A stretch of DNA of 54,069 nt from Candidatus Parcubacteria bacterium (GCA_003599175.1 QZIY01000024.1:1-54069); one strand, 5' to 3'; shown: positions 42,369 to 51,885, counted from the first letter of the stretch. Notes: generated from the sequence alone by a model not told the origin. Numbers and translations are program-made.

Positions 42369-43212
42369 TACAGAAGAAAAATTTCATACAGACGGACAAA
42401 CAGTTCACCTCCGTGCATCCGAAAAGGCCGCAATCAAAAAGCGTGTCTTGAATACGCAAGTGCCGAAGGTTTCTCAGCCAGTCCCTACGTTTTTCCCCTT
42501 TGTGTATGTAGGAAGAACGGCCCTCGTTGGCCTCCTCTTTTTAATCGTGGGAGGAAGTTCTCTCACCTATGCCGCGCAGCAAAGTGCGCCGGGAGATAGT
42601 CTGTATCATCTTGAAATGTATGTCGTCGAACCCATCGAGGAGGCGATTCAGATAACGCCGAGCGCGAAAATTGCCTATTCGGCAAGTCGCGTTGAAGAGC
42701 GGTTGGAGGAATTGCAGCAGATAAAAGAAGATGTGCCCTCGGAAGAGGTGGCGATTGCGAGTGAGAACGTCAAAGCGCACGTCCAGAACGTGCTCTCGGT
42801 ACTGCCGGAACAGCCAGAGACAGAGAAGAATGTCGACCAGCTGGTCAAGGTGTCGGCGCTTTTGAACGTGCACGAGCATCTTCCCGCTTTCAGTGATGAA
42901 GGAACACAAAGTATTGCTGCGCTGAAAGAAGATGTGACAAGCGAGCTTACCGATCAAGTGTCTGAGTATGCGAACGGGATTTCGCCGATGGATGTCGTGC
43001 AGGAAGTGCAGCAAACATTGATGGAAACATCGGCACTTATTGATGATGCGGCCACCACGACCGACAATGCAATCATTGCTGAACATTTGGCGAACGTTCA
43101 AAATGAGGTAGTCGATGGCAACTTCGACAATGCGCTGCAGGAGGCAGTTGATGCAAAGGTGCAGGCGTTGACGCAAGAATACGCGGCAGACGGCTCTATC
43201 GAGACTGAATAG
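42361..43212 (+). CDS. putative anti-sigma / membrane-anchored protein (DUF5667-like)
   Basis: ATG overlaps the sigma stop (ATGGATAA). Single TM ALVGLLFLIVGG, then a helical extracytoplasmic region. Confidence 0.5.
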   Translation: MDNTEEKFHTDGQTVHLRASEKAAIKKRVLNTQVPKVSQPVPTFFPFVYVGRTALVGLLFLIVGGSSLTYAAQQSAPGDSLYHLEMYVVEPIEEAIQITPSAKIAYSASRVEERLEELQQIKEDVPSEEVAIASENVKAHVQNVLSVLPEQPETEKNVDQLVKVSALLNVHEHLPAFSDEGTQSIAALKEDVTSELTDQVSEYANGISPMDVVQEVQQTLMETSALIDDAATTTDNAIIAEHLANVQNEVVDGNFDNALQEAVDAKVQALTQEYAADGSIETE

Positions 43213-43400
43213 CGTATCTATAGAGGCGACGCCTCACGAGACTGGCTGCGAAAACAAAGATTGTCGGCGAGAAGCCTGGTGAATTGAAGGAGAAAGATTA
43301 ACGCTCGGCCAAATGAACCGTCTCGGTTTCCAGGTCGAGCGGTTCTTTTTTGCTATCCACACACCGAAGCGCTTTACACGGAGGACAGAGTTGCTATTAT

Positions 43401-43505
43401 CGCGGCATCCCACTCCGGTAAACCTTCGCGGGACAAGTCCAACTCCGAATCAACGTAGCGGGACAAGTCCAACTCCGAATAAACGTAGTGGGATAAGTTA
43501 CCGCG
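43401..43505 (+). repeat. tandem ~30-nt repeats (2 near-identical units flanked by degenerate copies)
   Basis: GCGGGACAAGTCCAACTCCGAATCAACGTA (43428-57) and GCGGGACAAGTCCAACTCCGAATAAACGTA (43458-87). Degenerate copies lie on either side. Confidence 0.7.
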
Positions 43506-43547
43506 AAAAAACCGAAAGGGTCTAACAAAACAATCGTCACATCATAG

Positions 43548-44558
43548 ATGAAACAGAATCAGGATCGCCTTTCGTTCTACGAGCCAAAGGAAAACGGATC
43601 GCCTGTGACTCTCCTCTCGATTCCGCTCGAACTCGGCAGCGATGAGCGCGGGCTTGCCGAATCGCCAAAATATTTGGAACAGAACGGCCTCCTCAAGATG
43701 TTCCCCGCGATCGGGCGGGAAGTGCGCGAACGCCGCAGCATCTTTTGCCCCAAACCAAAGGGAATCGTTTCAGCCGGATCGATGAAAAATCTTGAGGAAG
43801 TGATGTCGGTCGCGCGTCGCACCAAGGCGGCTACAGAAAAGGCGCGAAAGCGCGGGGACACGGTGATTGCGCTTGGTGGGGATCACTCGATCGCACTCGG
43901 CACGATCGCGGGCGCGGCAGCTGCGCACGAGAGCGTAGGACTCATCTATATAGATGCGCATCCGGATTGCGTCACCGACACCACGACCATCTCCGGCAAT
44001 ATTCACGGCATGATCGTCTCGACGGCTACAGGGCAGGGCAACCCGCTGATGACCGACGTCTTTACCCGCACCGTGAAGCCAGACAACGTGCTCTACGTCG
44101 CGATCAAAGAGATCGACCAGCCCGAAATTTCGCTCATTCGCGAGAGCGGCATCCACTATTTCACGATGCTCGACATGGTGATGGATGGCCTCTCGCCCTT
44201 GAAGCAGGCGATCGACGAGCTTTCAAAGCGCGTAGATCATGTGTGGGTGAGCTTGGATCTCGACTCTATCGATGCGCGCTTCGCACCGGGGGTGGCGATG
44301 ACCAACATCGACGGCCTCACGCGCCGCGAGATCATGTCGCTCGCGCACTACATCGGCAAGGTCTGCAATGTTGCAGGCGTCGATATCGTGGAGATGGTGC
44401 CAGCGAAAGATAGGGAGGCGCTGACCGCGAAGCTCGTGATAGAGGTCTTGGCGCGATTCCTTGGAGGACAGTATGGATGGTACGAACAGTATATGGAGCA
44501 CTATGCTTCTACTAATGTAACCAAAGAGCCGGAGAAGGTAAGAGTAAGGCGCGCCTAA
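43548..44558 (+). CDS. arginase/agmatinase-family ureohydrolase
   Basis: GGDHSIALG, IYIDAHPD, SLDLDSID (Mn-binding motifs). Confidence 0.85.
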   Translation: MKQNQDRLSFYEPKENGSPVTLLSIPLELGSDERGLAESPKYLEQNGLLKMFPAIGREVRERRSIFCPKPKGIVSAGSMKNLEEVMSVARRTKAATEKARKRGDTVIALGGDHSIALGTIAGAAAAHESVGLIYIDAHPDCVTDTTTISGNIHGMIVSTATGQGNPLMTDVFTRTVKPDNVLYVAIKEIDQPEISLIRESGIHYFTMLDMVMDGLSPLKQAIDELSKRVDHVWVSLDLDSIDARFAPGVAMTNIDGLTRREIMSLAHYIGKVCNVAGVDIVEMVPAKDREALTAKLVIEVLARFLGGQYGWYEQYMEHYASTNVTKEPEKVRVRRA

Positions 44559-44593
44559 ATCTTTTTAGACACGCTGTGGTTTGATGACGTCTG

Positions 44594-45250
44594 CTAAGCA
44601 CGCGCTAAAGCCACAAGAGAAACCTCAGTATTAAAATTCTTCAGTGGTTTGCCGGCATTAAGTAGAGTGGCGCCGGTGGTGGTGACGTCGTCTATAAGAA
44701 AGATGTAGGCGTTTTGAATTTTTTCGGTGTTCGATGCGGTGAAGGCGCCGACAACATTGTTGATCCGCTCTTTTCTTGAGAGCTTAGTCTGCGGATTGGT
44801 AGCTTTTGTGCGCTCGAGCGCATCTTTCACAATGATTGCGAGCGTCCCATCCTTGAATTCCTGTGGCAGCGACTCGAGTACCAGCTCTATTTGATTGAAT
44901 CCGCGTTCACGTCTACGCGATATGTGGAGCGGCAAGGGAATGAGAATGATAGATCGGGTAGAAAACGCGCGGATGGAAGAAATTTCTTCACGAAGGTAGT
45001 CAGCAAGCAAATCCGCCGCTATCTTTGCGGCATAGCGGGAGCGATCGTACTTGAGCGCCCGGATCAAATCCGCGACCGCAGCGTTGCGGTAGTCCATAAG
45101 CGTCGTGATCCGCGCGCCGAGAAGTTCGTGCTCGGTCGGCGTGAGCGGAATATCTTCCGCCGTACGCTCCTTCGTCCGAGCACTCCGCGCCCGTAGCGGC
45201 ATCACGGCGTCAACTATTGCTTCAAAACCGCGCTTCAGGCTCTCGATCAT
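44594..45250 (-). CDS. comFC: ComF-family phosphoribosyltransferase-domain protein
   Basis: FLIDDVTTTGATL PRTase motif and RGFNQ. ATG at 45250 avoids overlap with the divergent gene. Confidence 0.7.
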   Translation of the reverse strand: MIESLKRGFEAIVDAVMPLRARSARTKERTAEDIPLTPTEHELLGARITTLMDYRNAAVADLIRALKYDRSRYAAKIAADLLADYLREEISSIRAFSTRSIILIPLPLHISRRRERGFNQIELVLESLPQEFKDGTLAIIVKDALERTKATNPQTKLSRKERINNVVGAFTASNTEKIQNAYIFLIDDVTTTGATLLNAGKPLKNFNTEVSLVALARA

Positions 45251-45283
45251 GCAAATATAATTGTAGCTTGGTATAGTGCGTTC

Positions 45284-45619
45284 ATGACGGAATTGGCCCA
45301 GAAGAAATGTGTGGCATGTGAGGGGTTCGAAACGCCGTTTGTGCGGGAAGAAGCCATCGTACTCCTCAAACAAGTGAAAAATTGGCAGCTCGCAGATGAT
45401 GCGAAGAGTATTTCAAAAGCATTTACCTTCAAAAACTTCGCCGATGCCCTCGAATTTACCAACAAAGTAGGCGCCATCGCCGAAGAGGAAGGACATCATC
45501 CTGATATTGAGCTTGCGTGGGGGAAAGTGAAAGTGTTTCTTACGACGCACGCAATACATGGTCTCAGTGAGAACGACTTCATTTTGGCGGCAAAGATCGA
45601 TCAGTTGAACGCAACGTAA
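45284..45619 (+). CDS. phhB: pterin-4-alpha-carbinolamine dehydratase
   Basis: EEGHHPDIELAWGKVKVFLTTH. TGgTATAGT lies 6 nt upstream of the ATG. Confidence 0.85.
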   Translation: MTELAQKKCVACEGFETPFVREEAIVLLKQVKNWQLADDAKSISKAFTFKNFADALEFTNKVGAIAEEEGHHPDIELAWGKVKVFLTTHAIHGLSENDFILAAKIDQLNAT

Positions 45620-45628
45620 CTCGTTATT

Positions 45629-45687
45629 CGGCAGCGCAGCGCGTATCGGCTTACGTCAACCGTCTAACGATACGCGCTGCGCTGCCG
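45629..45687. terminator. 20-bp perfect hairpin with 19-nt loop (terminator or structured element)
   Basis: CGGCAGCGCAGCGCGTATCG ... CGATACGCGCTGCGCTGCCG. Confidence 0.5.
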
Positions 45688-45746
45688 TCAAACGCTTGCC
45701 GCTTTTTTTCCTCCATACCCTATACTCCATACGCTATACTATAGTG

Positions 45747-46892
45747 ATGGCACTGTCGCTCGACTTCAAGAAAGTCCTCGGATCTCTAGTGAAAGGCAAG
45801 ATAGGCAGCGTCGTTGGCATTGATATCGGCGCTTCATCTATCAAGATGGTACAACTGCGCCTCGCGCGCGGCGCGCCTATCCTCGAAACCTACGGCGAAC
45901 TCTCGCTCGGCCCCTATGCACGCCTGCCGATCGGGAAAGCAGTTAGATTACCGCAGGAGAAAATCACTGAAGCGGTGCAGGATCTCATCCGCGAAGCCAA
46001 TGTGACGGCAAAAAACGGCAGCATCTCGATCCCATTTGCCTCGAGCTTGATCACGGTACTCACGTTGCCAAAGGTTCCCGAGGATCAGCTGCAGCAGATC
46101 GTGCCGATCGAGGCGCGCAAGTATATTCCGATGGCAGTTTCGGAAGTTGCACTCGATTGGTTTGTGATTCCCAAAGACGAAAGCATCCAGGGCGAGTTTG
46201 ATCGTGTGAATCCGCAGACACCACTCCAGGCAAAGGGGGAGGAAGTCCTCTTGGTAGCGATCCACAACAATATTTTGCAAACGCATCAATCACTCGCCAC
46301 CGCCGTCGGCGTCGCCGCCGAGTTTTATGAGATCGAAATCTTCAGCGGCATCCGATCATCCTTGCCGCATGGCTTGGGTCCGATGCTTTTCGTCGACATC
46401 GGTGCAGCGACAACGAAGATGTATGTGGTGGAGCGTGGTGTCGTGCGACTCACGCACTTACTTACCATGGGTGGCATGCAAATGACAGACACACTTGCGG
46501 TATCGATGCAGTGGGATTTTGAAAAAGCAGAGCGCGTGAAGCGCGAGCGAGGCCTCTTGGATGCGTCTGCATTCTCCGGAGATGAGAACGCGCACGTGCA
46601 GCAAGCAATGTTATCAACACTCACCCGTGTTTTTTCTGAAGTTAATCGGGTACTATTGAGTTACGGGCAGCGATACAACAAAAATATTGCACGCGTCATT
46701 CTTGCAGGTGGCGGTGCATCGCTCCCCGGATTGAAAGATGTTGCTAGAGCCGCGCTTTCAGTCGAAGTGGAGATGGCGAATCCGTTTGCAAAAACAGAAG
46801 CGCCCGCATTCATGGGCAACGTGCTGCAGGAGATCGGTCCGGGATTCGCAGTATCAGTCGGTCTCGCGCTCCGCGCACTCAAACGAGAATAA
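45747..46892 (+). CDS. pilM: type IV pilus assembly protein PilM (actin-like ATPase)
   Basis: VVGIDIGASSIKMVQL, FVDIGAATT, ILAGGGA. TATACT lies 6 nt upstream of the ATG. Confidence 0.85.
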   Translation: MALSLDFKKVLGSLVKGKIGSVVGIDIGASSIKMVQLRLARGAPILETYGELSLGPYARLPIGKAVRLPQEKITEAVQDLIREANVTAKNGSISIPFASSLITVLTLPKVPEDQLQQIVPIEARKYIPMAVSEVALDWFVIPKDESIQGEFDRVNPQTPLQAKGEEVLLVAIHNNILQTHQSLATAVGVAAEFYEIEIFSGIRSSLPHGLGPMLFVDIGAATTKMYVVERGVVRLTHLLTMGGMQMTDTLAVSMQWDFEKAERVKRERGLLDASAFSGDENAHVQQAMLSTLTRVFSEVNRVLLSYGQRYNKNIARVILAGGGASLPGLKDVARAALSVEVEMANPFAKTEAPAFMGNVLQEIGPGFAVSVGLALRALKRE

Positions 46893-47030
46893 AAAGAAAA
46901 ATACTTTACTATGGAATCCCGTTAGAAGCCGCGGATACACGATATACTATGCATATGAAAATAGCGTCGATATTAGAAGCAAATAACCAAGGAGGAGGCG
47001 GCCTCACGTCCGCGTCCTGCTTCTAACGGG

Positions 47031-47747
47031 ATGGAACCTGCCGGACAACCATCATTCATCCCGCACGATGCAGGCACACCGTCGGCACGCCGCACGAGTG
47101 AAGGGGGATTGTGGGATCTCTTGATGATGATCGGCATTGTCGCCCTGGCCGTATCGGTCGCCCTCGCCGCGGGCGTCTTTTTGTACCAGCAGTATCTGAA
47201 GGCCAATATCAATCGCAGCTTGGAGCGTCTTGCAGAGGCGCGCCGCCAGTTTGATCCGTCGCTCGTCGACCAGCTCACGCGTCTCGACAACCGCATGGAT
47301 GCGGGCGATGAACTTTTGCATGCACACATTGCGCCGTCGTCCGTCTTTACGGTGCTCGATCAAATCACGGCACAGACTGTCGCCTATGATAGTCTCGATG
47401 TGAAGGTCGTCGATCCGCGCAATATCACGCTCGCGATCGAGGGTGTGGCCCGGAGCGTGAATTCCGTCGCATTCCAGGCGGATCTCTTGAGTAAGAGCGG
47501 GGTGATCACCAACCCGATCTTCTCTGATCTCGTACGTGAAGAAGATGGCGTGCACTTCTCCCTCGCCGCGCTCATTGATGCATCGAAGATCAATTTTGGC
47601 AGTCTTGTAAACACGGCGGTAAATGCTGCGGGTGCTGCGCAGCCGACGACGCAGCCAACGGAATCAGCACAGCCCATAGCGCCGACCGCATCATCTTCTG
47701 AACCAGCTTCACCATTTGGCGGCGCGCCGCAACAGACGACACCATAA
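47031..47747 (+). CDS. PilN-like bitopic membrane protein
   Basis: Single TM LLMMIGIVALAVSVALAAGVFLY, followed by a periplasmic domain. Called by position between pilM and the pilO-like gene. Confidence 0.5.
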   Translation: MEPAGQPSFIPHDAGTPSARRTSEGGLWDLLMMIGIVALAVSVALAAGVFLYQQYLKANINRSLERLAEARRQFDPSLVDQLTRLDNRMDAGDELLHAHIAPSSVFTVLDQITAQTVAYDSLDVKVVDPRNITLAIEGVARSVNSVAFQADLLSKSGVITNPIFSDLVREEDGVHFSLAALIDASKINFGSLVNTAVNAAGAAQPTTQPTESAQPIAPTASSSEPASPFGGAPQQTTP

Positions 47748-47750
47748 TCT

Positions 47751-48362
47751 ATGTCAAAAATGCTCACAGCCATCCTCCTCTTTATCCTCGCGATCGGTAT
47801 ATTCTTCATCTATACCAAGCCGGGATACACCGGCCCCGGCACGCCGGAGAGTCCATCGGTCAATGAAATGCAGGCGCAGATCGCACAGTATGATGATGCG
47901 CTGCAGAAAGTCGCCGAGCTCGAACAGCTCAAGCAGCGACTCTTGGCCAAGTACAATTCCTTCAACCCGAATGACATCGAACGACTCGAGACTCTCTTGC
48001 CGGATCACGTCGACAACATCGGCCTCATCCTTGAGCTCGACTCCTTGGCGAGCCGCTACGGTATGACGCTCGAAAACGTCGATGTGGATAGTTCGCGAAC
48101 AGCCGCTTCGACGGAAAGCGCAGAAGCGGCGGATCTCGGTGACGGAACGCTCAAGGTAGAGGGCCAGAATTATGAATCGATCACCATGACGTTTTCGACA
48201 TTCGGTACCTATGAGAAATTCAAGACCTTCATGCAAGATCTGGAAGCGAGCTTGCGCATGGTCGATCTCGTATCGCTCACTTTCGAGGGGCAGGAGACAT
48301 CCTCCGGCGGACAGCCCACATACAACTTCGATATCTCGATTCGCACCTACTGGCTCAAATAA
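47751..48362 (+). CDS. PilO-like bitopic membrane protein
   Basis: N-terminal TM plus coiled coil (QKVAELEQLKQRLLAKY); called by position in the cluster. Confidence 0.55.
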   Translation: MSKMLTAILLFILAIGIFFIYTKPGYTGPGTPESPSVNEMQAQIAQYDDALQKVAELEQLKQRLLAKYNSFNPNDIERLETLLPDHVDNIGLILELDSLASRYGMTLENVDVDSSRTAASTESAEAADLGDGTLKVEGQNYESITMTFSTFGTYEKFKTFMQDLEASLRMVDLVSLTFEGQETSSGGQPTYNFDISIRTYWLK

Positions 48363-48368
48363 ATTCGT

Positions 48369-48674
48369 ATGGATTGGCTTGTAAAACATAAACTCGTCGC
48401 TGGCATCGTTATCCTCGTGATCACGGCGGCCGCCTGGTACATGCTCTCTGGCTCTGCGCCGGCGGATGATGCGGTCTTGATGACTGAAAATGTGCAGGAT
48501 ATTCCGCCGGAGGCGCAGGAACTCCTCGACAGCCTTCGTCGGCTCCAAGAGGTTGATTTGGATAGCCCGATTTTCGCCAACCCGTCATTCCAGGTTTTGA
48601 AGGATTTCACGACGCCGGTTATTCCGGAGCCGATTGGTCGCACAAATCCATTCGCCCCCTTAGGTGTACAGTAG
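48369..48674 (+). CDS. small bitopic membrane protein (pilus-cluster associated)
   Basis: N-terminal TM. No recognised domain. Confidence 0.4.
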   Translation: MDWLVKHKLVAGIVILVITAAAWYMLSGSAPADDAVLMTENVQDIPPEAQELLDSLRRLQEVDLDSPIFANPSFQVLKDFTTPVIPEPIGRTNPFAPLGVQ

Positions 48675-48680
48675 ACTTGT

Positions 48681-50369
48681 ATGGTGGATCCCACTCCGGC
48701 AGCGCCTTCTGACGGTGCGCCTCTCATAGACGTGCCGGTATGGACACTAGGAGAGACCAAGATTCCGTACGATGTCTTGAAATACATTCCGCAGGAGAGC
48801 GCGGAGCACTATCGGTTTGCGCCCTTAGGCGTGGTTGAGGGAGTGCTTGAAGTTGGCATGGTCGACCCTGATGAGATTCAGGGTATAGATGCGTTGAATT
48901 TCATCGGCCGCGCGACCGGCATGCCTTTCAAAGTGTTCCGCATATCGGATGCCGACTTCGATCGCATCCTCAAAATGTATGCGGGTCTCACGAGCGACGT
49001 CGAGCGTGCCGTCTCCGATCTCGAGAGCGACCAGAAAACAACGAAGCCGAGTACGCTCGATTCGGGAGAAATGCCGCTCGATATCAGCGCGCCCGAGATG
49101 CGAGGGGAGGGCAGCCAGATGCAGACGATCCAAGAAGATGCGCCGACCATCAAGATCGTCTCTACGATTTTGCGCTACGCGGTCGACGGCCGCGCGTCTG
49201 ACATCCACATCGAACCGCAATCGAACGGCGTGCGCGTGCGCTACCGCGTGGACGGCGATTTGCACACGTCGGTTGTGTTGCCCCTCGCTGCGCATCGCGC
49301 TCTCATCGCACGCATCAAAGTGCTCTCATCAATTCGCCTCGACGAGCAGCGAAAGCCGCAAGACGGACGCTTCTCTGCGACCATCGACAATCGTGCGATC
49401 GACTTCCGTGTCTCGACCTTTCCGTCGTACAACGGCGAAAAGGTCGTGATGCGTATTCTTGATCGTGAACAGGGCTTCATTCCGCTCGATCAGATCGGAC
49501 TTTCGCCGCGCAATCTCGGCATTTTGCGCAAAGCCGCGCAGGCACCGCACGGACTCGTTCTTATCTCAGGCCCGACGGGTAGCGGTAAATCGACGACGCT
49601 CTATTCGCTCCTCTCCGAAGTCGATCGCGAACGCAAAAACGTGCTCTCACTCGAAGATCCGATCGAATACTATCTCGATGGCATCAACCAATCGCAAATG
49701 CGTCCTGAAATCGGCTACACCTTCGCAACAGGCCTCCGTACGACACTCCGTCAGGACCCGGACGTCATCATGGTCGGCGAAATCCGCGACGGCGAAACGG
49801 CAAAGCTCGCGATCCAGGCGGCACTCACCGGTCACCTTGTGCTCTCGACTATTCACACCAACGATTCTGTCGGCACGATTGCGCGCCTCATCGACATGGG
49901 CGTCGAGCCGTACCTTATTCCGCCGGTCCTTATTTGCTCTATCGCACAGCGTCTCGTACGTACGCTGTGTCCTGGCACCGGGAAGGGTGTGCCTCTCTCC
50001 GCTTCGCAGAAGAAAAACTTGCAGGATCAGATGGAGACATTGCCGCCGGAGTACCGTTTCCCCATATCCGACACCGTGTACGAGCCGGAAAAATCCGCCA
50101 CCTGTCCTACGGGTATGCGCGGTCGCGAAGCAGTCTTCGAAATTCTCGAAATGTCGCCCGAAATCGAACGCATCGTTCTGGAAAATCCGGTCGACAGCAA
50201 GATTTGGGCGGCAGCACGAAAGCAAGGCATGCTCACTATGCGCGAAGATGCCACCATAAAGGCCTTCAATAAGCAGATTCCGTATGAGGAAGTCGAATCG
50301 CTTTCGGCGCTCCTCCTTGCAGAAGGGGAAGAGGCAGCCTCGGAAGTTGCAGAAAGTGCGGTATCATAG
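48681..50369 (+). CDS. pilB: type IV pilus assembly ATPase PilB (GspE family)
   Basis: GSPII_E N-terminal domain, Walker A GPTGSGKSTT, Asp box, Walker B IMVGEIRD, tetracysteine CPGTG...C...CP. Confidence 0.9.
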   Translation: MVDPTPAAPSDGAPLIDVPVWTLGETKIPYDVLKYIPQESAEHYRFAPLGVVEGVLEVGMVDPDEIQGIDALNFIGRATGMPFKVFRISDADFDRILKMYAGLTSDVERAVSDLESDQKTTKPSTLDSGEMPLDISAPEMRGEGSQMQTIQEDAPTIKIVSTILRYAVDGRASDIHIEPQSNGVRVRYRVDGDLHTSVVLPLAAHRALIARIKVLSSIRLDEQRKPQDGRFSATIDNRAIDFRVSTFPSYNGEKVVMRILDREQGFIPLDQIGLSPRNLGILRKAAQAPHGLVLISGPTGSGKSTTLYSLLSEVDRERKNVLSLEDPIEYYLDGINQSQMRPEIGYTFATGLRTTLRQDPDVIMVGEIRDGETAKLAIQAALTGHLVLSTIHTNDSVGTIARLIDMGVEPYLIPPVLICSIAQRLVRTLCPGTGKGVPLSASQKKNLQDQMETLPPEYRFPISDTVYEPEKSATCPTGMRGREAVFEILEMSPEIERIVLENPVDSKIWAAARKQGMLTMREDATIKAFNKQIPYEEVESLSALLLAEGEEAASEVAESAVS

Positions 50370-50375
50370 CCGGGT

Positions 50376-50783
50376 ATGACACAATCAGAGACTCCCGCCG
50401 CGAGTGGCAAGGGCATGATCATGCTCGTTGACGACGATAAATTCCTTTTGGATATGTACGCGATGAAATTTACGCAGGCGGGTTTTTCCGTGTATCCCGC
50501 ATCATCGACTGCGGATGCTTTGAAGGTGCTCCGCGAAGGATTGCAGCCCAAGGCGGTACTCTTCGATCTCATCATGCCAGAAGGTGATGGTTTTTATCTT
50601 TTGGAAACGATTGGGAATGAAAAGTTGGCGAAGGGTGCAACCTTTATCGCGCTCACGAATGAAATGAATGACGACGAACAAAAGCGCATCATGGAACTCG
50701 GTGCATCGAAGTACATCGTGAAGGCGATGCTCATCCCGTCGGAAGTTGTCAACAGTGTTGCCCTCGAAGTCGAGAAAAAATAG
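50376..50783 (+). CDS. single-domain response regulator (CheY-like receiver)
   Basis: MLVDDD acidic pocket, phospho-acceptor LFDLIMP, conserved K in YIVKA. Confidence 0.8.
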   Translation: MTQSETPAASGKGMIMLVDDDKFLLDMYAMKFTQAGFSVYPASSTADALKVLREGLQPKAVLFDLIMPEGDGFYLLETIGNEKLAKGATFIALTNEMNDDEQKRIMELGASKYIVKAMLIPSEVVNSVALEVEKK

Positions 50784-50815
50784 CCGTCATACTGCATACT
50801 GTACATACAGTTGCT

Positions 50816-51883
50816 ATGGCGATGGACTATTCGGGCCTTCTCAAAAAATATATCAACGTGGTGATTCACGAAGGTGGATCCGATTTGCATTTCTCAACCA
50901 CGTCGCACCCGACCATTCGCATCAACGGCAACCTTGCACCGATGCTGAAAGAGCCTGTCTTGGGTCCGGAAGATACGCTCGGCTTTTTGAAAGCGCTCAT
51001 CAATGAGGCGCAGATGAAGCGATTCAACGAAACGCAGGAGCTCGACTTCGCGATCGATAGCGACGACGGCAATCGCTTCCGCTGCAATGCATTTTTTCAG
51101 CGCCGATCAGTCGGTATCGCGATGCGCCTCATCCCAAAGAGGATCCGCACGGTGCAGGAATTGAATTTGCCCGAGAGTCTCTTGATGTTCCCGCGCAAGA
51201 CGCAGGGCTTTTTCTTAGTGGTGGGCCCGGTAGGGCAGGGGAAGACGACCACGCTCGCTGCGCTCATCGAGCTCATCAATATCGAGCGCATGGAACACAT
51301 CATCACGATCGAAGATCCGATCGAATATCTCTTTGAGCCGAAGCAGTCGATCGTGGATCAGCGTGAAGTGGGCATCGATACGAGGACATTTGCCGATGCG
51401 CTCGTTTCGGCATTCCGCGAAGATGTCGACGTGCTTCTGGTCGGTGAAATGCGTGATTATAAGACGATGGCCGCCGCAGTCACTGCCGCCGAAACGGGCC
51501 ACCTCGTCTTTGCGACCATGCACACCAACGACGCCGCGCAGACCGTGGACCGCATCATCGACACCTTCCCGGCGGAGCAGCAGGATCAAATTCGCTTGCA
51601 GCTGGCCGCATCCCTCGCAGGTATCTTCTCGCAGCGCCTGATTCCGCGCATCTCCGGCGGTCTCATCCCCGCGTACGAGCTCCTCATAAACAACAAAGCC
51701 GTCGCCAACCTCATCCGCGAGAAGCGCACGCACGAAATCAACACGGTGATCGAAACCGGTTCGACCGAAGGTATGATCGACATGAACCGTTCTCTCATGG
51801 AGCTCGTGTCGCGTGGAGAGATTTCCGTCGAAACCGCATACCAATTCTCGCCCAATCCGACCAGTCTTGAGCGATTACTGTAG
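50816..51883 (+). CDS. pilT: twitching-motility ATPase PilT
   Basis: GSDLH, GPVGQGKTTT, LLVGEMRD, ATMHTNDA, AIRNLIREKK-like VANLIREKRTHE. Confidence 0.9.
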   Translation: MAMDYSGLLKKYINVVIHEGGSDLHFSTTSHPTIRINGNLAPMLKEPVLGPEDTLGFLKALINEAQMKRFNETQELDFAIDSDDGNRFRCNAFFQRRSVGIAMRLIPKRIRTVQELNLPESLLMFPRKTQGFFLVVGPVGQGKTTTLAALIELINIERMEHIITIEDPIEYLFEPKQSIVDQREVGIDTRTFADALVSAFREDVDVLLVGEMRDYKTMAAAVTAAETGHLVFATMHTNDAAQTVDRIIDTFPAEQQDQIRLQLAASLAGIFSQRLIPRISGGLIPAYELLINNKAVANLIREKRTHEINTVIETGSTEGMIDMNRSLMELVSRGEISVETAYQFSPNPTSLERLL

Positions 51884-51885
51884 AT

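Noticed and set aside
43313-43525. 70-aa ORF upstream of the arginase-family gene
   Set aside because: Its repetitive peptide (SPTPNQRSGTSPTPNKRSG) is a translation of the 30-nt tandem DNA repeats. A terminator-like hairpin lies inside it.
47754-48548. 264-aa minus-strand ORF
   Set aside because: It lies antisense to the pilO-like gene and the following pilus-cluster genes, which are co-oriented and tightly spaced. No motifs were recognised.
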